A stretch of 61,021 nt of DNA, counting the filler. It is 5 parts of 5 records of this genome, joined end to end, with 100 filler letters (N's around TTAATTAATTAA, not from the genome) between each part and the next. Parts side by side here need not be neighbours in the genome. Positions count along the whole stretch, not along the records: positions 1 to 23,990 come from DRR378314_283; 4 more parts are not named here. One strand, written 5' to 3'. Below are positions 1 to 10,366 of this stretch, in pieces. Below the pieces are notes generated by a model. That model made no database searches and was not told the DNA's origin. It was given only the letters and a program-made list of their open reading frames with translations. The position numbers and the translations under genes are program-made. Numbering within the stretch: position 1 is the first letter of the stretch; each line of letters opens with the position of its first letter.

Positions 1-1
1 G

Positions 2-955
2 GAGGCGCGCTCAGCCGCAGCGCCAGCGCGTCGGCATCGCGGCACTAAAGTACGCCGTCAGCGAGTCAAAGCGGCTTGGCTGTTCTTGGCTCCCATGCTG
101 ATCGCATTAACATTGGTGGCTGGCTGGCCGTTAATGCGAACATTTTTTCTAAGCTTTACCGATGCCTCACTGTCGGACCTGGGTGCGGCTAATCTAATCG
201 GGTTTGAAAACTATCTGGTTTACGACAATGGCCGCTGGTTCGGGGTGCTTGCTGACCCAGTCTGGTGGCAATCTGTTTGGAATACGGTTTATTTTTCGGT
301 GGTATCTGTCTCTTTAGAAGTCATTTTCGGTGTCATTGTGGCGCTGATTCTAAATGCGGAGTTTAAAGGTCGGACGATTGTTCGCGCGGCAGTGCTGATT
401 CCGTGGGCAATCCCTACTATCGTTTCCGCGCAAATGTGGGCATGGATGCTCAACGATCAGTTCGGCATCATCAACCACCTGCTAATGACGGTTGGGATTA
501 TCGATAATCCTATCGCCTGGACGGCTAGCGCGACTTACTCAATGTGGGCCGTCATCATGGTTGATGTCTGGAAAACAATTCCGTTTGTTGCTCTGTTGGT
601 GTTAGCCGCCCTACAGATGTTGCCAAAAGACTGCTACGAAGCCGCAGAAGTAGACGGCATTCATCCCGTGCGTGTGTTCTTCAAAGTTACCTTGCCGCTG
701 ATTACGCCTGCCTTGATGGTGGCGGTGATTTTCCGCCTTCTAGACGCCCTGCGAGTGTTCGACGTGATCTACGTACTGACGTCTAACTCGACCAGCACGA
801 TGTCGATGTCAGTCTATGCGCGTCAGCAGTTGGTTGAGTTCCAGGATGTTGGTTACGGCAGTGCTGCCTCTACCCTGTTGTTCTTGATTATTGCCCTGGC
901 CACCGTTGCTTACCTCTATTTAGGCCGTAACAAAATACAACTAGGAGGTGACTGA
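2..955 (+). CDS. Carbohydrate ABC transporter permease (MalF/ThuF-like), 5'-truncated at window edge
   Basis: Frame is open from nt 2 (EARSAAAPARRHRGTKVRRQRVKAAWLFLAPML...). Multiple TM segments and EAA loop YEAAEVDG. Stop overlaps next ATG (TGATG). Confidence 0.93.
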   Translation, partial: EARSAAAPARRHRGTKVRRQRVKAAWLFLAPMLIALTLVAGWPLMRTFFLSFTDASLSDLGAANLIGFENYLVYDNGRWFGVLADPVWWQSVWNTVYFSVVSVSLEVIFGVIVALILNAEFKGRTIVRAAVLIPWAIPTIVSAQMWAWMLNDQFGIINHLLMTVGIIDNPIAWTASATYSMWAVIMVDVWKTIPFVALLVLAALQMLPKDCYEAAEVDGIHPVRVFFKVTLPLITPALMVAVIFRLLDALRVFDVIYVLTSNSTSTMSMSVYARQQLVEFQDVGYGSAASTLLFLIIALATVAYLYLGRNKIQLGGD

Positions 956-1797
956 TGAACCAACGTCAGTTAGCCAAAATTGCCAAGCGCGTCGGCTTTT
1001 GGGCCTTAATTGCGCTGATTATGGTATACGCCGTTTTCCCATTTTATTACGCGGTCATTACCTCACTTAAACCTTCCAGCGAGCTTTTCCGGGTTGAACT
1101 TTGGCCCTCCAATTGGAACCTGGATAACTATGCGCAGATTTTTAGCCAGTCGAGCTTTATCCGTGCGATTTTTAACTCGGTAGTCGTAGCATTTAGCGTT
1201 GTTTTCATCGCGCTGCTACTGGGTATCACCGCCTCTTATGCGCTGGGCCGAGTTCGCTTCCGTGGTCGCTCGACCGTCATGCTGGTCATTCTTGGGGTTT
1301 CCATGTTTCCTCAGGTCGCGGTGCTCTCAGGCTTGTTTGAGGTGATTCGCGCACTAAATCTCTACAACAATCCCGCGGGCCTCATTCTGAGCTACACCAT
1401 TTTCACGCTGCCCTTCACCGTCTGGGTACTTACCACCTTCATGAAAGAACTGCCCATGGAGTTGGAAGAAGCCGCCATTATGGATGGCGCTACGCCCTGG
1501 ATTACGATTACTAAAGTCTTTCTACCGCTAATGTGGCCCGCCATGGCAACCACTGGCCTGCTCGCCTTTATTGCTGCGTGGAATGAGTTCCTGTTTGCCT
1601 TAACCTTCACACTCACTGATGCACAGCGCACCGTGCCTGTTGCCATTGCCCTGCTGTCAGGTGGTAGCGCCTACGAGCTGCCTTGGGGGCCAATTATGGC
1701 CGCGTCGGTCGTCGTCACCGTGCCCCTGGTTATCTTGGTCATCATTTTCCAACGTCGCATTGTTTCAGGCTTAACTGCGGGCGCAGTTAAAGGCTAA
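955..1797 (+). CDS. Carbohydrate ABC transporter permease (MalG/ThuG-like)
   Basis: EAA motif LEEAAIMDGA, AWNEFLFAL, C-terminal QRRIVSGLTAGAVKG. RBS GGAGG upstream. Confidence 0.95.
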   Translation: MNQRQLAKIAKRVGFWALIALIMVYAVFPFYYAVITSLKPSSELFRVELWPSNWNLDNYAQIFSQSSFIRAIFNSVVVAFSVVFIALLLGITASYALGRVRFRGRSTVMLVILGVSMFPQVAVLSGLFEVIRALNLYNNPAGLILSYTIFTLPFTVWVLTTFMKELPMELEEAAIMDGATPWITITKVFLPLMWPAMATTGLLAFIAAWNEFLFALTFTLTDAQRTVPVAIALLSGGSAYELPWGPIMAASVVVTVPLVILVIIFQRRIVSGLTAGAVKG

Positions 1798-1834
1798 GCG
1801 TGGGTGTTATTTACGTTTTATTAAGGATTTATTC

Positions 1835-3451
1835 ATGCAAGACAACCTGACCTGGTGGCGCGGCGGCGTTATCTATCAAATTTACCCGCGCAGCTTCCTA
1901 GACAGCCGTGGCGACGGCATTGGTGACTTGAAAGGCATTACCGAAAAGCTCGATTACGTCGCTTCTTTGAATGTTGACGGTGTCTGGCTGTCGCCTTTCT
2001 TTACGTCTCCCATGCTCGATTTCGGCTATGACGTCAGCGACTACCGTGACGTTGATCCAATGTTTGGCACCCTGGATGATTTCAAGGCGTTGCTCGACAA
2101 GGCCCATTCACTTGGGCTGAAAGTGATGATTGATCAAGTCATCAGCCATACCTCTGAACAGCACGCTTGGTTTAAAGAGAGCCGCCAGAATCGTACCAAC
2201 CCCAAAGCCGATTGGTTTGTATGGGCAGACCCTAAGCCCGATGGCACACCCCCTAATAACTGGCTATCTATTTTTGGCGGCCCTGCCTGGACCTTTGATT
2301 CACGCCGTCAGCAGTATTATCTACACAACTTTTTGACCAGCCAGCCGGATGTCAACTTCCACAACCCGGAAGCCCGTCAGGCACAGCTGGACAACATGCG
2401 CTTCTGGCTGGATCTTGGCGTTGATGGTTTCCGCCTTGATACCGTCAACTTCTACTTCCACGACGCTGAGCTGCGTGACAACCCACCGGTGCCCAAAGGT
2501 GAATCCAAAACCCTGGGCGCCCCAGAGGCTAACCCCTACACGTGGCAGCGCCATGTCTACGATATTAGCCGCCCTGAAAACGTAGATTTCTTAAAAGACT
2601 TACGCGCCTTGATGGATGAGTATCCCGGCACTACGACCGTGGGCGAAATAGGCGATGACAACCCACTTGAGCGCATGGCTGAGTACACCGCAGGCGGTGA
2701 CAAACTACACATGGCTTACACCTTTGACTTGCTCAATAAGCCACGCTCTGCCAGCTATATTCGCCATGTTATTGAGCGCTTTCAGCGCTTAGCGGGCGAT
2801 GCCTGGCCCTGCTGGGCAACATCCAACCATGATGTTGAACGCAGCGCATCACGCTGGGGTGCTGAAGAAGATCCCATTGTTTATCCTAAAGTGATGCTCG
2901 CCATGCTGTTTTCCCTACGCGGCAGCGTCTGCCTTTATCAAGGGGAAGAGTTAGGGCTGCCAGAAGCCGACGTGCCCTTCGAGCGCATTCAAGACCCTTA
3001 CGGCAAAGTGCTCTGGCCAGAGTTTAAAGGCCGAGACGGGTGCCGCACGCCGATGCCATGGACCGATGGCACCCAGGCAGGTTTCTCGGCCATTGAGCCA
3101 TGGCTCCCCGTAGAAAAACGCCACCTGCCATTGGCGGTTAGCCGACAGCACACGAACCCTGACTCAACGCTTAACGGCGTGCGCCGGATGTTGGCTTTCC
3201 GCCAAACGCACTCAGCGCTGTTTGACGGTGATTTACAGCTGATTGAGGTTGGCGAGGAGTTACTGGGCTTTATTCGTCAAAATGACCAAGACAAAGTGCT
3301 GTGTGTCTTTAACCTGACGGGGAATGAGCTGCAAACAGCACTCCCCTTAGACGTCATCGGTGACCTGGAAGGACACGGCTTCACTACGGCACGTCAAGAT
3401 AATGTGCTGACGCTGCCCGCCTATCAAGCCGCCTTTATGCACGTTGCTTAG
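1835..3451 (+). CDS. aglA: GH13 alpha-glucosidase
   Basis: YQIYPRSF, GFRLDTVN (nucleophile), GEIGD (acid/base), SNHD, GRDGCRTPMPW. 538 aa; by recollection very close to Halomonas sp. H11 alpha-glucosidase. Confidence 0.95.
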   Translation: MQDNLTWWRGGVIYQIYPRSFLDSRGDGIGDLKGITEKLDYVASLNVDGVWLSPFFTSPMLDFGYDVSDYRDVDPMFGTLDDFKALLDKAHSLGLKVMIDQVISHTSEQHAWFKESRQNRTNPKADWFVWADPKPDGTPPNNWLSIFGGPAWTFDSRRQQYYLHNFLTSQPDVNFHNPEARQAQLDNMRFWLDLGVDGFRLDTVNFYFHDAELRDNPPVPKGESKTLGAPEANPYTWQRHVYDISRPENVDFLKDLRALMDEYPGTTTVGEIGDDNPLERMAEYTAGGDKLHMAYTFDLLNKPRSASYIRHVIERFQRLAGDAWPCWATSNHDVERSASRWGAEEDPIVYPKVMLAMLFSLRGSVCLYQGEELGLPEADVPFERIQDPYGKVLWPEFKGRDGCRTPMPWTDGTQAGFSAIEPWLPVEKRHLPLAVSRQHTNPDSTLNGVRRMLAFRQTHSALFDGDLQLIEVGEELLGFIRQNDQDKVLCVFNLTGNELQTALPLDVIGDLEGHGFTTARQDNVLTLPAYQAAFMHVA

Positions 3452-3543
3452 TCAAATCAATGGCAATACTCAATAACAACATTCAATAACGATAGTCGGC
3501 CCGATACGAGGAATGCAGCATTGAGGCCGACAAGGAGCTAACC

Positions 3544-4650
3544 ATGGCAAGTGTTACGCTTGAAAAGATCAACAAAGTATTTGGTCGCGATCACATTATT
3601 AAAGACGTTGACCTGACCATTGGCGATGGTGAATTTGTCGTCTTTGTTGGCCCATCCGGCTGTGGCAAATCCACGCTGCTGCGCCTTATCGCGGGTCTTG
3701 AGTCGATCACCGACGGTGACTTAAACATTGGTGACACGCTGGTCAATGACCTTCCCCCACGAGAACGTGGTGTGGGCATGGTGTTTCAGTCGTATGCTCT
3801 TTACCCGCATATGACCGTTTATGACAACATGGCCTTTGGCTTGAAGCTTGCCAAAACGGACAAAGAGACGGTCCATGAACGGGTAATGAGTACCGCTAAA
3901 ATTTTGCAGCTTGAAGACCTGTTACACCGCAAGCCGAAAGCACTGTCGGGCGGTCAGCGCCAGCGTGTTGCAATGGGCCGTGCGATGGCTCGGGAACCTC
4001 GCATTCTGCTTTTTGATGAGCCGCTTTCTAACCTGGATGCGTCGCTGCGAGTACAAATGCGCAACGAGATCGCTAGGCTGCACAATCGCCTGGGCTCTAC
4101 GATGATTTATGTGACCCACGACCAAGTCGAAGCAATGACCCTGGCAGATAAAATCGTGGTGCTAAAAAGCGGCCATATCGAGCAAGTAGGCAGCCCACAT
4201 GAACTTTATCAACGCCCAGCCACCAAGTTTGTCGCCGGTTTTATCGGTTCACCGACGATGAATTTTATGCCCGCGGAGCTTGCCAGCGGTTCAACAGATG
4301 GTTGCCGGGTGACTGCAAAAGGCTTGGGAGAAGTCGCACTTCCCCAAGCCGCAGATAGCTATCGCACAGGCAGCTCGCTTACCTTAGGCATACGCCCCGA
4401 GCACCTACGTTTAGAGGCACCCAAGGGCGATAATTGCTTTGAAATTTTCAATGTCGAGTACCTGGGTAATGAGGTCTATGTCTACCTAGAACCCAAAGAG
4501 GGCGATACACTGCTTATCCACCGCAGCGAAGCCCCAAGCCAGTGGGAAGAAGGCCAAAAAGTATCCCTGGTGCCTGACATCGAGCATGTGCATCTATTTG
4601 ATGAAAGTGGTGCGGCGTTGATGCTTTCTGAGACACGCTCTGCGGCTTAA
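3544..4650 (+). CDS. malK: Sugar ABC transporter ATP-binding protein (MalK family)
   Basis: Walker A GPSGCGKS, signature LSGGQRQR, Walker B LLFDEP, YVTHDQVEAMT, C-terminal TOBE region (LGIRPEHL). Confidence 0.95.
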   Translation: MASVTLEKINKVFGRDHIIKDVDLTIGDGEFVVFVGPSGCGKSTLLRLIAGLESITDGDLNIGDTLVNDLPPRERGVGMVFQSYALYPHMTVYDNMAFGLKLAKTDKETVHERVMSTAKILQLEDLLHRKPKALSGGQRQRVAMGRAMAREPRILLFDEPLSNLDASLRVQMRNEIARLHNRLGSTMIYVTHDQVEAMTLADKIVVLKSGHIEQVGSPHELYQRPATKFVAGFIGSPTMNFMPAELASGSTDGCRVTAKGLGEVALPQAADSYRTGSSLTLGIRPEHLRLEAPKGDNCFEIFNVEYLGNEVYVYLEPKEGDTLLIHRSEAPSQWEEGQKVSLVPDIEHVHLFDESGAALMLSETRSAA

Positions 4651-4820
4651 CGAACGCTATCGACTGCGCTGTTGCTGAGCGAACAACGGCCTTTGATGCC
4701 ACTACCTCTATAGCAACGGTAGTGGAAACAACGTCAAGGCCGTATTTTTGTGCGTCAGATTCAATTCATTAGCCTGCGATGTAAAATAACGCCCAAATAA
4801 TTAAACAGGATAGGAAACCC

Positions 4821-5870
4821 GTGACTGCCCATCGTCGAATGACTCTCAAGGATCTTGCCACAGAACTCGGCGTTTCCACCGCGACAATATCAAACGCCTT
4901 CAACCGCCCCGACCAGCTTTCGCCTCTGCTACGCGATCGTATTTTAAGCGAGGCCAAACGCCTGGGGTATAACGGTCCAGATGCCAAGGCCCGTAGTCTG
5001 CGCACTGGGCGCTCTAGCATTGTTGCGGTTATTCTTGCCGAAAGCCTGACCTACAGCCTCAATGATGCTGTCGCCAGTGAATTTTTATCCGGTGTCGCTG
5101 AAGTACTCGATGCTCATGGTCATACCATGCTGCTACTGCCTGGCCGGGGTCATGCCTCCCAGCCGCCAGGGTCTGCAAACATTGCCGATGGCTTTATCGT
5201 TTACGGCCTGATGCCTAATAACAAGCTGCTAAGCGAGCTGCCTGCGCAGCGGCCACTGGTGTCTGTGGATTTCGACATTGATGGCAGTCCGACTGTGCAT
5301 ATCGATGACCAAGACGCGAGCTACCACCTTGCCCAGCACGCGTTAAAAACGCGGCCACAGCGGCCTGCGGTGGTTAATCTTCGTCTGACAAAAGAGTATT
5401 GCAACGGCCGAATAAGCAATCAGCACACCCTACTTCCAGACAGCAGCACCATCAGCCGTGCGCGCCTGGCCGGATTTCATGCTGCACTCACCGAACATGG
5501 CTTTGATACTAAACAGATCCCACTATGGAATATCGAAGAGAACGTGTTTGATGTGTGCTCACCAGTGATCACAGAAATCCTCGACCTGCCTGCCACGCAG
5601 CGCCCGGATCTGCTGCTATGCATGTCAGACCGCATTGCACTTACCGCGCTGACGCTGGCCGAACAGCGTGGCATTCACGTACCGGGGGAGCTAAGAATTA
5701 CCGGCTTTGATGGCATTGCTGAAGGGCAATATAGAGCACCGCGTTTAACGACCGTGCGCCAGGACAGTGCGGGCAAGGGCCGCGTGGCGGCAAAAATGAT
5801 TCTAGGACGGATACCCAAAACCCAGCAGCTACTCAAAACAGAGTTGCTGCTGGGCGACACTTGCCCATAA
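4821..5870 (+). CDS. LacI-family transcriptional regulator (likely for the alpha-glucoside operon)
   Basis: HTH TLKDLATELGVSTATISNAFN, hinge ARSLRTGRS, C-terminal ITGFDG...LTTVRQ. GTG start. Confidence 0.92.
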   Translation: MTAHRRMTLKDLATELGVSTATISNAFNRPDQLSPLLRDRILSEAKRLGYNGPDAKARSLRTGRSSIVAVILAESLTYSLNDAVASEFLSGVAEVLDAHGHTMLLLPGRGHASQPPGSANIADGFIVYGLMPNNKLLSELPAQRPLVSVDFDIDGSPTVHIDDQDASYHLAQHALKTRPQRPAVVNLRLTKEYCNGRISNQHTLLPDSSTISRARLAGFHAALTEHGFDTKQIPLWNIEENVFDVCSPVITEILDLPATQRPDLLLCMSDRIALTALTLAEQRGIHVPGELRITGFDGIAEGQYRAPRLTTVRQDSAGKGRVAAKMILGRIPKTQQLLKTELLLGDTCP

Positions 5871-5884
5871 GGGTCAGTCAGGTG

Positions 5885-6889
5885 TTATTTGGCCGTTTTC
5901 TGCATGGCAAGGGCGGTATCTAGCATACGGTTGGAGAAGCCCCACTCGTTGTCGTACCACGCCATAATTTTCACCAGGCGGCCATTCACACGGGTGTGAT
6001 TAGCATCAAAAGTAGATGAATGCGCATCATGATTGAAATCAATAGACACCAGCGGCTGTGCATTAACCGCTAGCACAGACGAGTTCGCCGCTGCTTTTTC
6101 AACAATGGCGTTGATCTCTTCTTTGCTGGTATCGCGGCTTGCCGTAAATGTTAAATCTACCAGGGAAACGTTGATCACCGGCACGCGTACGGCTAACCCA
6201 TCAAACTTACCTGCCAGTTCCGGCAAGACCAAACCAACGGCCGCTGCAGCGCCTGTTTTGGTCGGAATCATCGAATGCGTCGCACTACGCGCGCGGTAAG
6301 GGTCGGAGTGATAAACATCCGATAGGTTCTGATCGTTGGTGTAGGCATGAACCGTGGTCATCAAGCCATTTTCAATGCCTACAGCATCGTTTAACGCTTT
6401 GGCGACAGGCGCCAAGCAGTTAGTCGTGCACGACGCATTGGAGACCACCGTGTGTTCAGCCGTCAAAATATCGTCATTAACGCCATATACGATAGTAGCG
6501 TCAGCATCGGGGCTGGGTGCAGAGATCAACACACGCTTAGCACCCGCTTCTATATGCTTGGCAGCGGCTTCTCGCTTAGTGAACAAGCCTGTGCACTCCA
6601 TGACGAGATCAATGTTCATGGATGCCCAAGGAAGCTGGCTAGGATCACGCTCAGAAGAGATCGCGATACGATCGCCATCCACACGAATACTTTCGGCATC
6701 ATGCTCAACGGCAAAAGGAAAGTGGCCGTGAACCGTATCGTGACGCAGCAGGTGCGAGTTTAGGGAAGGATCACCCAAATCATTAATCGCAACCACTCGG
6801 ACACGATCCCGATAGCCATTTTCGTACAGCGCACGTAGTACGTTACGACCAATCCGTCCAAATCCGTTAATAGCAACTCTTATTGTCAT
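5885..6889 (-). CDS. gap: Type I glyceraldehyde-3-phosphate dehydrogenase
   Basis: INGFGRIGR, catalytic [19 protein letters not shown]. Confidence 0.96.
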   Translation of the reverse strand: MTIRVAINGFGRIGRNVLRALYENGYRDRVRVVAINDLGDPSLNSHLLRHDTVHGHFPFAVEHDAESIRVDGDRIAISSERDPSQLPWASMNIDLVMECTGLFTKREAAAKHIEAGAKRVLISAPSPDADATIVYGVNDDILTAEHTVVSNASCTTNCLAPVAKALNDAVGIENGLMTTVHAYTNDQNLSDVYHSDPYRARSATHSMIPTKTGAAAAVGLVLPELAGKFDGLAVRVPVINVSLVDLTFTASRDTSKEEINAIVEKAAANSSVLAVNAQPLVSIDFNHDAHSSTFDANHTRVNGRLVKIMAWYDNEWGFSNRMLDTALAMQKTAK

Positions 6890-6930
6890 GATGGCACCTC
6901 AATCAAGCAGTGGTAGTCGATGGCGTATCC

Positions 6931-7038
6931 AGTAAAAAAATTACTAAAAATACGTATTTATTCACCTTCAGGTCAATTTTTACCTATCCAAACTGCCCTT
7001 AAAGGCTAATAACATCCCAATATGTAGTAAAATTACTA
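6931..7038. promoter_or_regulatory. Two HexR-like operator sites in the divergent gap/pyk intergenic region
   Basis: AGTAAAAAAATTACT (6931-6945) and TGTAGTAAAATTACT (7023-7037) fit the GTA-N7-TAC HexR-type palindrome; a similar site precedes pgi. Confidence 0.6.
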
Positions 7039-7100
7039 TATAAAGGCTATCGTAGTCCAATAATTAATCACCGCCAAGATGGTCAATAGGAGTAACTTTT

Positions 7101-8567
7101 ATGACTCGCTCAACATCTCCCACTCCCCTTCGCCGCACCAAGATTGTCGCGACGCTTGGCCCGGCAAGCGATCGCCCTGGCGTGCTGGAAGCCATGCTAA
7201 AAGCGGGCGTTGATGTCGTGCGGCTAAATTTCTCCCATGGCGCTGCAGACGACCATCGCCGCCGCTTAAAAGAGGTACGCGAGATCGCCCAGCGACTAAA
7301 TCGCAGCGTTGCCGCCCTGGGTGACCTGCAAGGGCCAAAAATCCGTATATCGCGCTTTGCCGAAGGTGCCGTTCACTTGGACATTGGCCAGGCCTTTGTG
7401 CTCGACATGGCGCTAGATGCCAACAGCGGCACGGCCGAGCGCGTCGGCTGTGATTACAAGTCGCTGATTGACGATGTCGCCCCTGGTGACCGGCTACTGC
7501 TGGATGATGGCCGTGTCGTGCTGGACGTCACCTCGATTATTGGTCAAGAAGTCCACACACGCGTTCACGTAGGTGGCAAGCTTTCCAATAACAAAGGCAT
7601 CAACAAGCAAGGCGGCGGACTATCCGCCCCGGCGCTTACCGAAAAAGATAAAGAAGACCTAAAAACCGCGATCGATATCGGGGTGGATTACCTGGCGGTA
7701 TCGTTCCCACGCAGCGCTGCTGATATGCAAGAAGCGCGTGACCTGCTCGGCGAAGCAGGCAAGGAAATAGGTCTGGTTGCCAAGCTTGAGCGCGCCGAAG
7801 CGGTTGCCGATGATGAGACACTGGATGGCATTATCGAAGCCTCTGAAGCCGTGATGGTCGCCCGAGGCGACTTAGGCGTAGAAATTGGCGATGCCGCACT
7901 GATCGGCACTCAAAAACGCATCATCAAGCATGCTCGCACGCTTAACCGCGCGGTCATTACCGCCACACAAATGATGGAGTCGATGATTGAGTCGCCACTG
8001 CCCACCCGCGCGGAAGTATTCGACGTGGCTAACGCGGTACTTGATGCCACCGACGCCGTCATGCTTTCTGCGGAAACCGCCGCGGGTGACTACCCGGTAG
8101 AAACTATTCAAGCGATGGATCGGGTATGCCTCGGCGCTGAGCGCGAACGTATTGCTCAGTCATCAGGCCACCGCATTCATGAAGGCTTCGAGCGCATTGA
8201 TGAAACCATTGCCCTCTCTGCCATGTATGCCGCTAACCACCTCACCGGGGTACGCGCCATAGCCTGTATGACCTCGACAGGTTATACGCCACTGATTGCC
8301 TCACGCATTCGCTCTGGTCTGCCGATTGTGGGACTTGCACATAGCCCGATTGCCCAACGGCGCATGGCGCTTTATCGCGGCGTCGTGTCGATCCCCTTCG
8401 ACACCACCCATATGGACCCTAAAGAGCTCAACCAAGAAGCCGTCAAGCTACTGCAAGCGCATGGTTTGGCACACCCTGGCGATCATGTCATTCTTACCCG
8501 CGGCGACCACATGAACGCCCACGGCGGCACTAACACCATGAAAGTGCTGGCCGTTGAAGAAGCGTAA
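7101..8567 (+). CDS. pyk: Pyruvate kinase (PykA-like)
   Basis: [56 protein letters not shown]. Confidence 0.97.
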   Translation: MTRSTSPTPLRRTKIVATLGPASDRPGVLEAMLKAGVDVVRLNFSHGAADDHRRRLKEVREIAQRLNRSVAALGDLQGPKIRISRFAEGAVHLDIGQAFVLDMALDANSGTAERVGCDYKSLIDDVAPGDRLLLDDGRVVLDVTSIIGQEVHTRVHVGGKLSNNKGINKQGGGLSAPALTEKDKEDLKTAIDIGVDYLAVSFPRSAADMQEARDLLGEAGKEIGLVAKLERAEAVADDETLDGIIEASEAVMVARGDLGVEIGDAALIGTQKRIIKHARTLNRAVITATQMMESMIESPLPTRAEVFDVANAVLDATDAVMLSAETAAGDYPVETIQAMDRVCLGAERERIAQSSGHRIHEGFERIDETIALSAMYAANHLTGVRAIACMTSTGYTPLIASRIRSGLPIVGLAHSPIAQRRMALYRGVVSIPFDTTHMDPKELNQEAVKLLQAHGLAHPGDHVILTRGDHMNAHGGTNTMKVLAVEEA

Positions 8568-8616
8568 ATCTAACTGTGACCTGAAATAGCCGGAATGTTA
8601 ACTGGAGAGCCATGCC

Positions 8617-9093
8617 ATGAGCGATGCACGTCCACCCCGCCAAGCCGTTCGTACGCTGCAACCGCGTAAACGCATTGCGCTAATTGCCCACGACGGCAAA
8701 AAAACCGAAATGCTGGAGTGGGCAACACGCTGGCAGGAAACGCTCAGCCAGCACACTCTCATTGGTACGGGGACGACCGCTGGGCGGCTCAAAAATGCGC
8801 TTGGCCTAGAGGTCGAGGGGTTGATGAGCGGGCCGCTGGGCGGTGATCAGCAAATTGGTGCGCGGATTGCCGAACAACAGCTAGACGTGCTGATTTTCTT
8901 CTGGGATCCGTTTGCCCCTCAGCCCCACGATCCTGATGTCAAAGCGCTGCTGCGTTTAGCCGCGCTATGGAACGTGCCGGTGGCATGCAATGCGGCGAGC
9001 GCCGACTTTTTACTGTCGTCGCCCTATCTCAGTGAACGCTACGATATGTCTATTCCGGATGCACAGGCCTGGGCTCAAGCCCGCACGGTATAG
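8617..9093 (+). CDS. mgsA: Methylglyoxal synthase
   Basis: IALIAHDGKK, GTGTT, SGPLGGDQQIG, FFWDP...HDPDVKALLR. Confidence 0.96.
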   Translation: MSDARPPRQAVRTLQPRKRIALIAHDGKKTEMLEWATRWQETLSQHTLIGTGTTAGRLKNALGLEVEGLMSGPLGGDQQIGARIAEQQLDVLIFFWDPFAPQPHDPDVKALLRLAALWNVPVACNAASADFLLSSPYLSERYDMSIPDAQAWAQARTV

Positions 9094-9149
9094 CTCTTAA
9101 CAACTTTAGTACTGAATAACTAAAGCTCTGAACAACTCAAGCTCTGAAC
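9092..9149. repeat. Imperfect 16-bp tandem repeat (about 3.6 copies) between convergent mgsA and cra
   Basis: agctcttaacaacttt / agtactgaataactaa / agctctgaacaactca / agctctgaac. Confidence 0.75.
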
Positions 9150-9162
9150 GAATCAATGGGGC

Positions 9163-10140
9163 TCATCGGGTACGCAGGTGGCGCGCCACAACCTGCTGCC
9201 CACACTGATAGTCACCGTTCATGGCATTCAGGGCACAGCGCAGGGTGAGTTCAGCAATGCGATCATAATCTTGCAAGGCTGAATTCACCGGTTGCGGCAG
9301 AAAGTCCAATAAGCGGTGGTCGCCAAAGGTGGCTAACCGCATATTCTCTGGCAGCCCACCGCGCTCCAGAAACACGTCAAACACCCCTTCCATCAGCACA
9401 TAAGACGCGGTGATCAACGCATCAGCGCCCCCCTTCTCATCCAGCAGTTGAGCGGCAAGACGGGCGCCTTCGCTACGCTCGTAGTGCGTACCGCTAAGTA
9501 AAACCGGTTCGATAGAGGTGTCTTGTAGTGCTGACTGAAAACCCACCCTCCGCTCGCGACTGATCGACAAGCTAGGCATCGCTTCTAACCACGCCACCCG
9601 CCGCGTGCTACCCGTAATGACCGAGCGCGTTAGCGCATATGCCGCGTCTTGATCGTTACTGACGACACTGGCAAAACGCGTCGGCGCAAGCCCACGGTCC
9701 ATTCCCACAACGCACCAACCTTCATCTACCAACTCAGAATAGAAAGTGTCCTCTTCGGCAAGGCAGCTGGCGGTAATAAGCACCTCACAACGCTGCGCGC
9801 GAAGCGCCAATGCCAAGGCACGCTCGCTATCGGCACAGTCATCTGAACTAGCCACCAACAGCTGATAGCCCTTCTCTCTCGCGCCACGCTCTAAGCGTTT
9901 CGCGAGCCGCGCATAGCTGATATTTTCAAGGTCCGGCACGATCAATCCAATCAGCCGACTTGCCCCACGACGCAGCGCCGCTGCCTGCGGGTCAATGTGA
10001 TAGCGATGCTGCCGCACGACCGCCATTACTTTCTCAATGGTGGCATTACTAATACGCCGTTGCTCGGCCTGGCCATTAATTACATAGCTCGCCGTGGTGC
10101 GCGATACGCCCGCAAGCCGGGCAATGTCGGCAAGTGTCAT
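9163..10140 (-). CDS. cra: Catabolite repressor/activator Cra (FruR), LacI family
   Basis: MTLADIARLAGVSRTTASYVING, LIVPDLENISYARLAK, ATFGDHRLLDFLP. Divergent from fruBKA. Confidence 0.93.
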   Translation of the reverse strand: MTLADIARLAGVSRTTASYVINGQAEQRRISNATIEKVMAVVRQHRYHIDPQAAALRRGASRLIGLIVPDLENISYARLAKRLERGAREKGYQLLVASSDDCADSERALALALRAQRCEVLITASCLAEEDTFYSELVDEGWCVVGMDRGLAPTRFASVVSNDQDAAYALTRSVITGSTRRVAWLEAMPSLSISRERRVGFQSALQDTSIEPVLLSGTHYERSEGARLAAQLLDEKGGADALITASYVLMEGVFDVFLERGGLPENMRLATFGDHRLLDFLPQPVNSALQDYDRIAELTLRCALNAMNGDYQCGQQVVARHLRTR

Positions 10141-10228
10141 GCAATTCTCCCTCTGGTTGCCGGTGTAGTTTATCAGCCGTTTCTCCCCACCCAGACTAAA
10201 GTCTAGAAAGACAACCCTTGTGTCTTTC

Positions 10229-10244
10229 AGTGAATCGATTCAGC
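10229..10244. promoter_or_regulatory. Cra/FruR operator upstream of fruB
   Basis: Perfect palindrome TGAATCGATTCA (10231-10242) matching the Cra consensus TGAAwCGwTTCA, between cra and fruB. Confidence 0.8.
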
Positions 10245-10366
10245 ATAGCCAACTAACCACAGATGACACGATTCATCCAGCGAAGCTCAACGCTCTACGA
10301 CCAACGTTTAAGCATGATCACGCTGCAGACATCACCCTTGGCTGACAGCGTTTACAGGAGAACCCT

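Noticed and set aside
3471-3493. caataacaac...caataacgat upstream of malK as an Hfq/Crc-type site
   Set aside because: Too short and degenerate to support from sequence alone.
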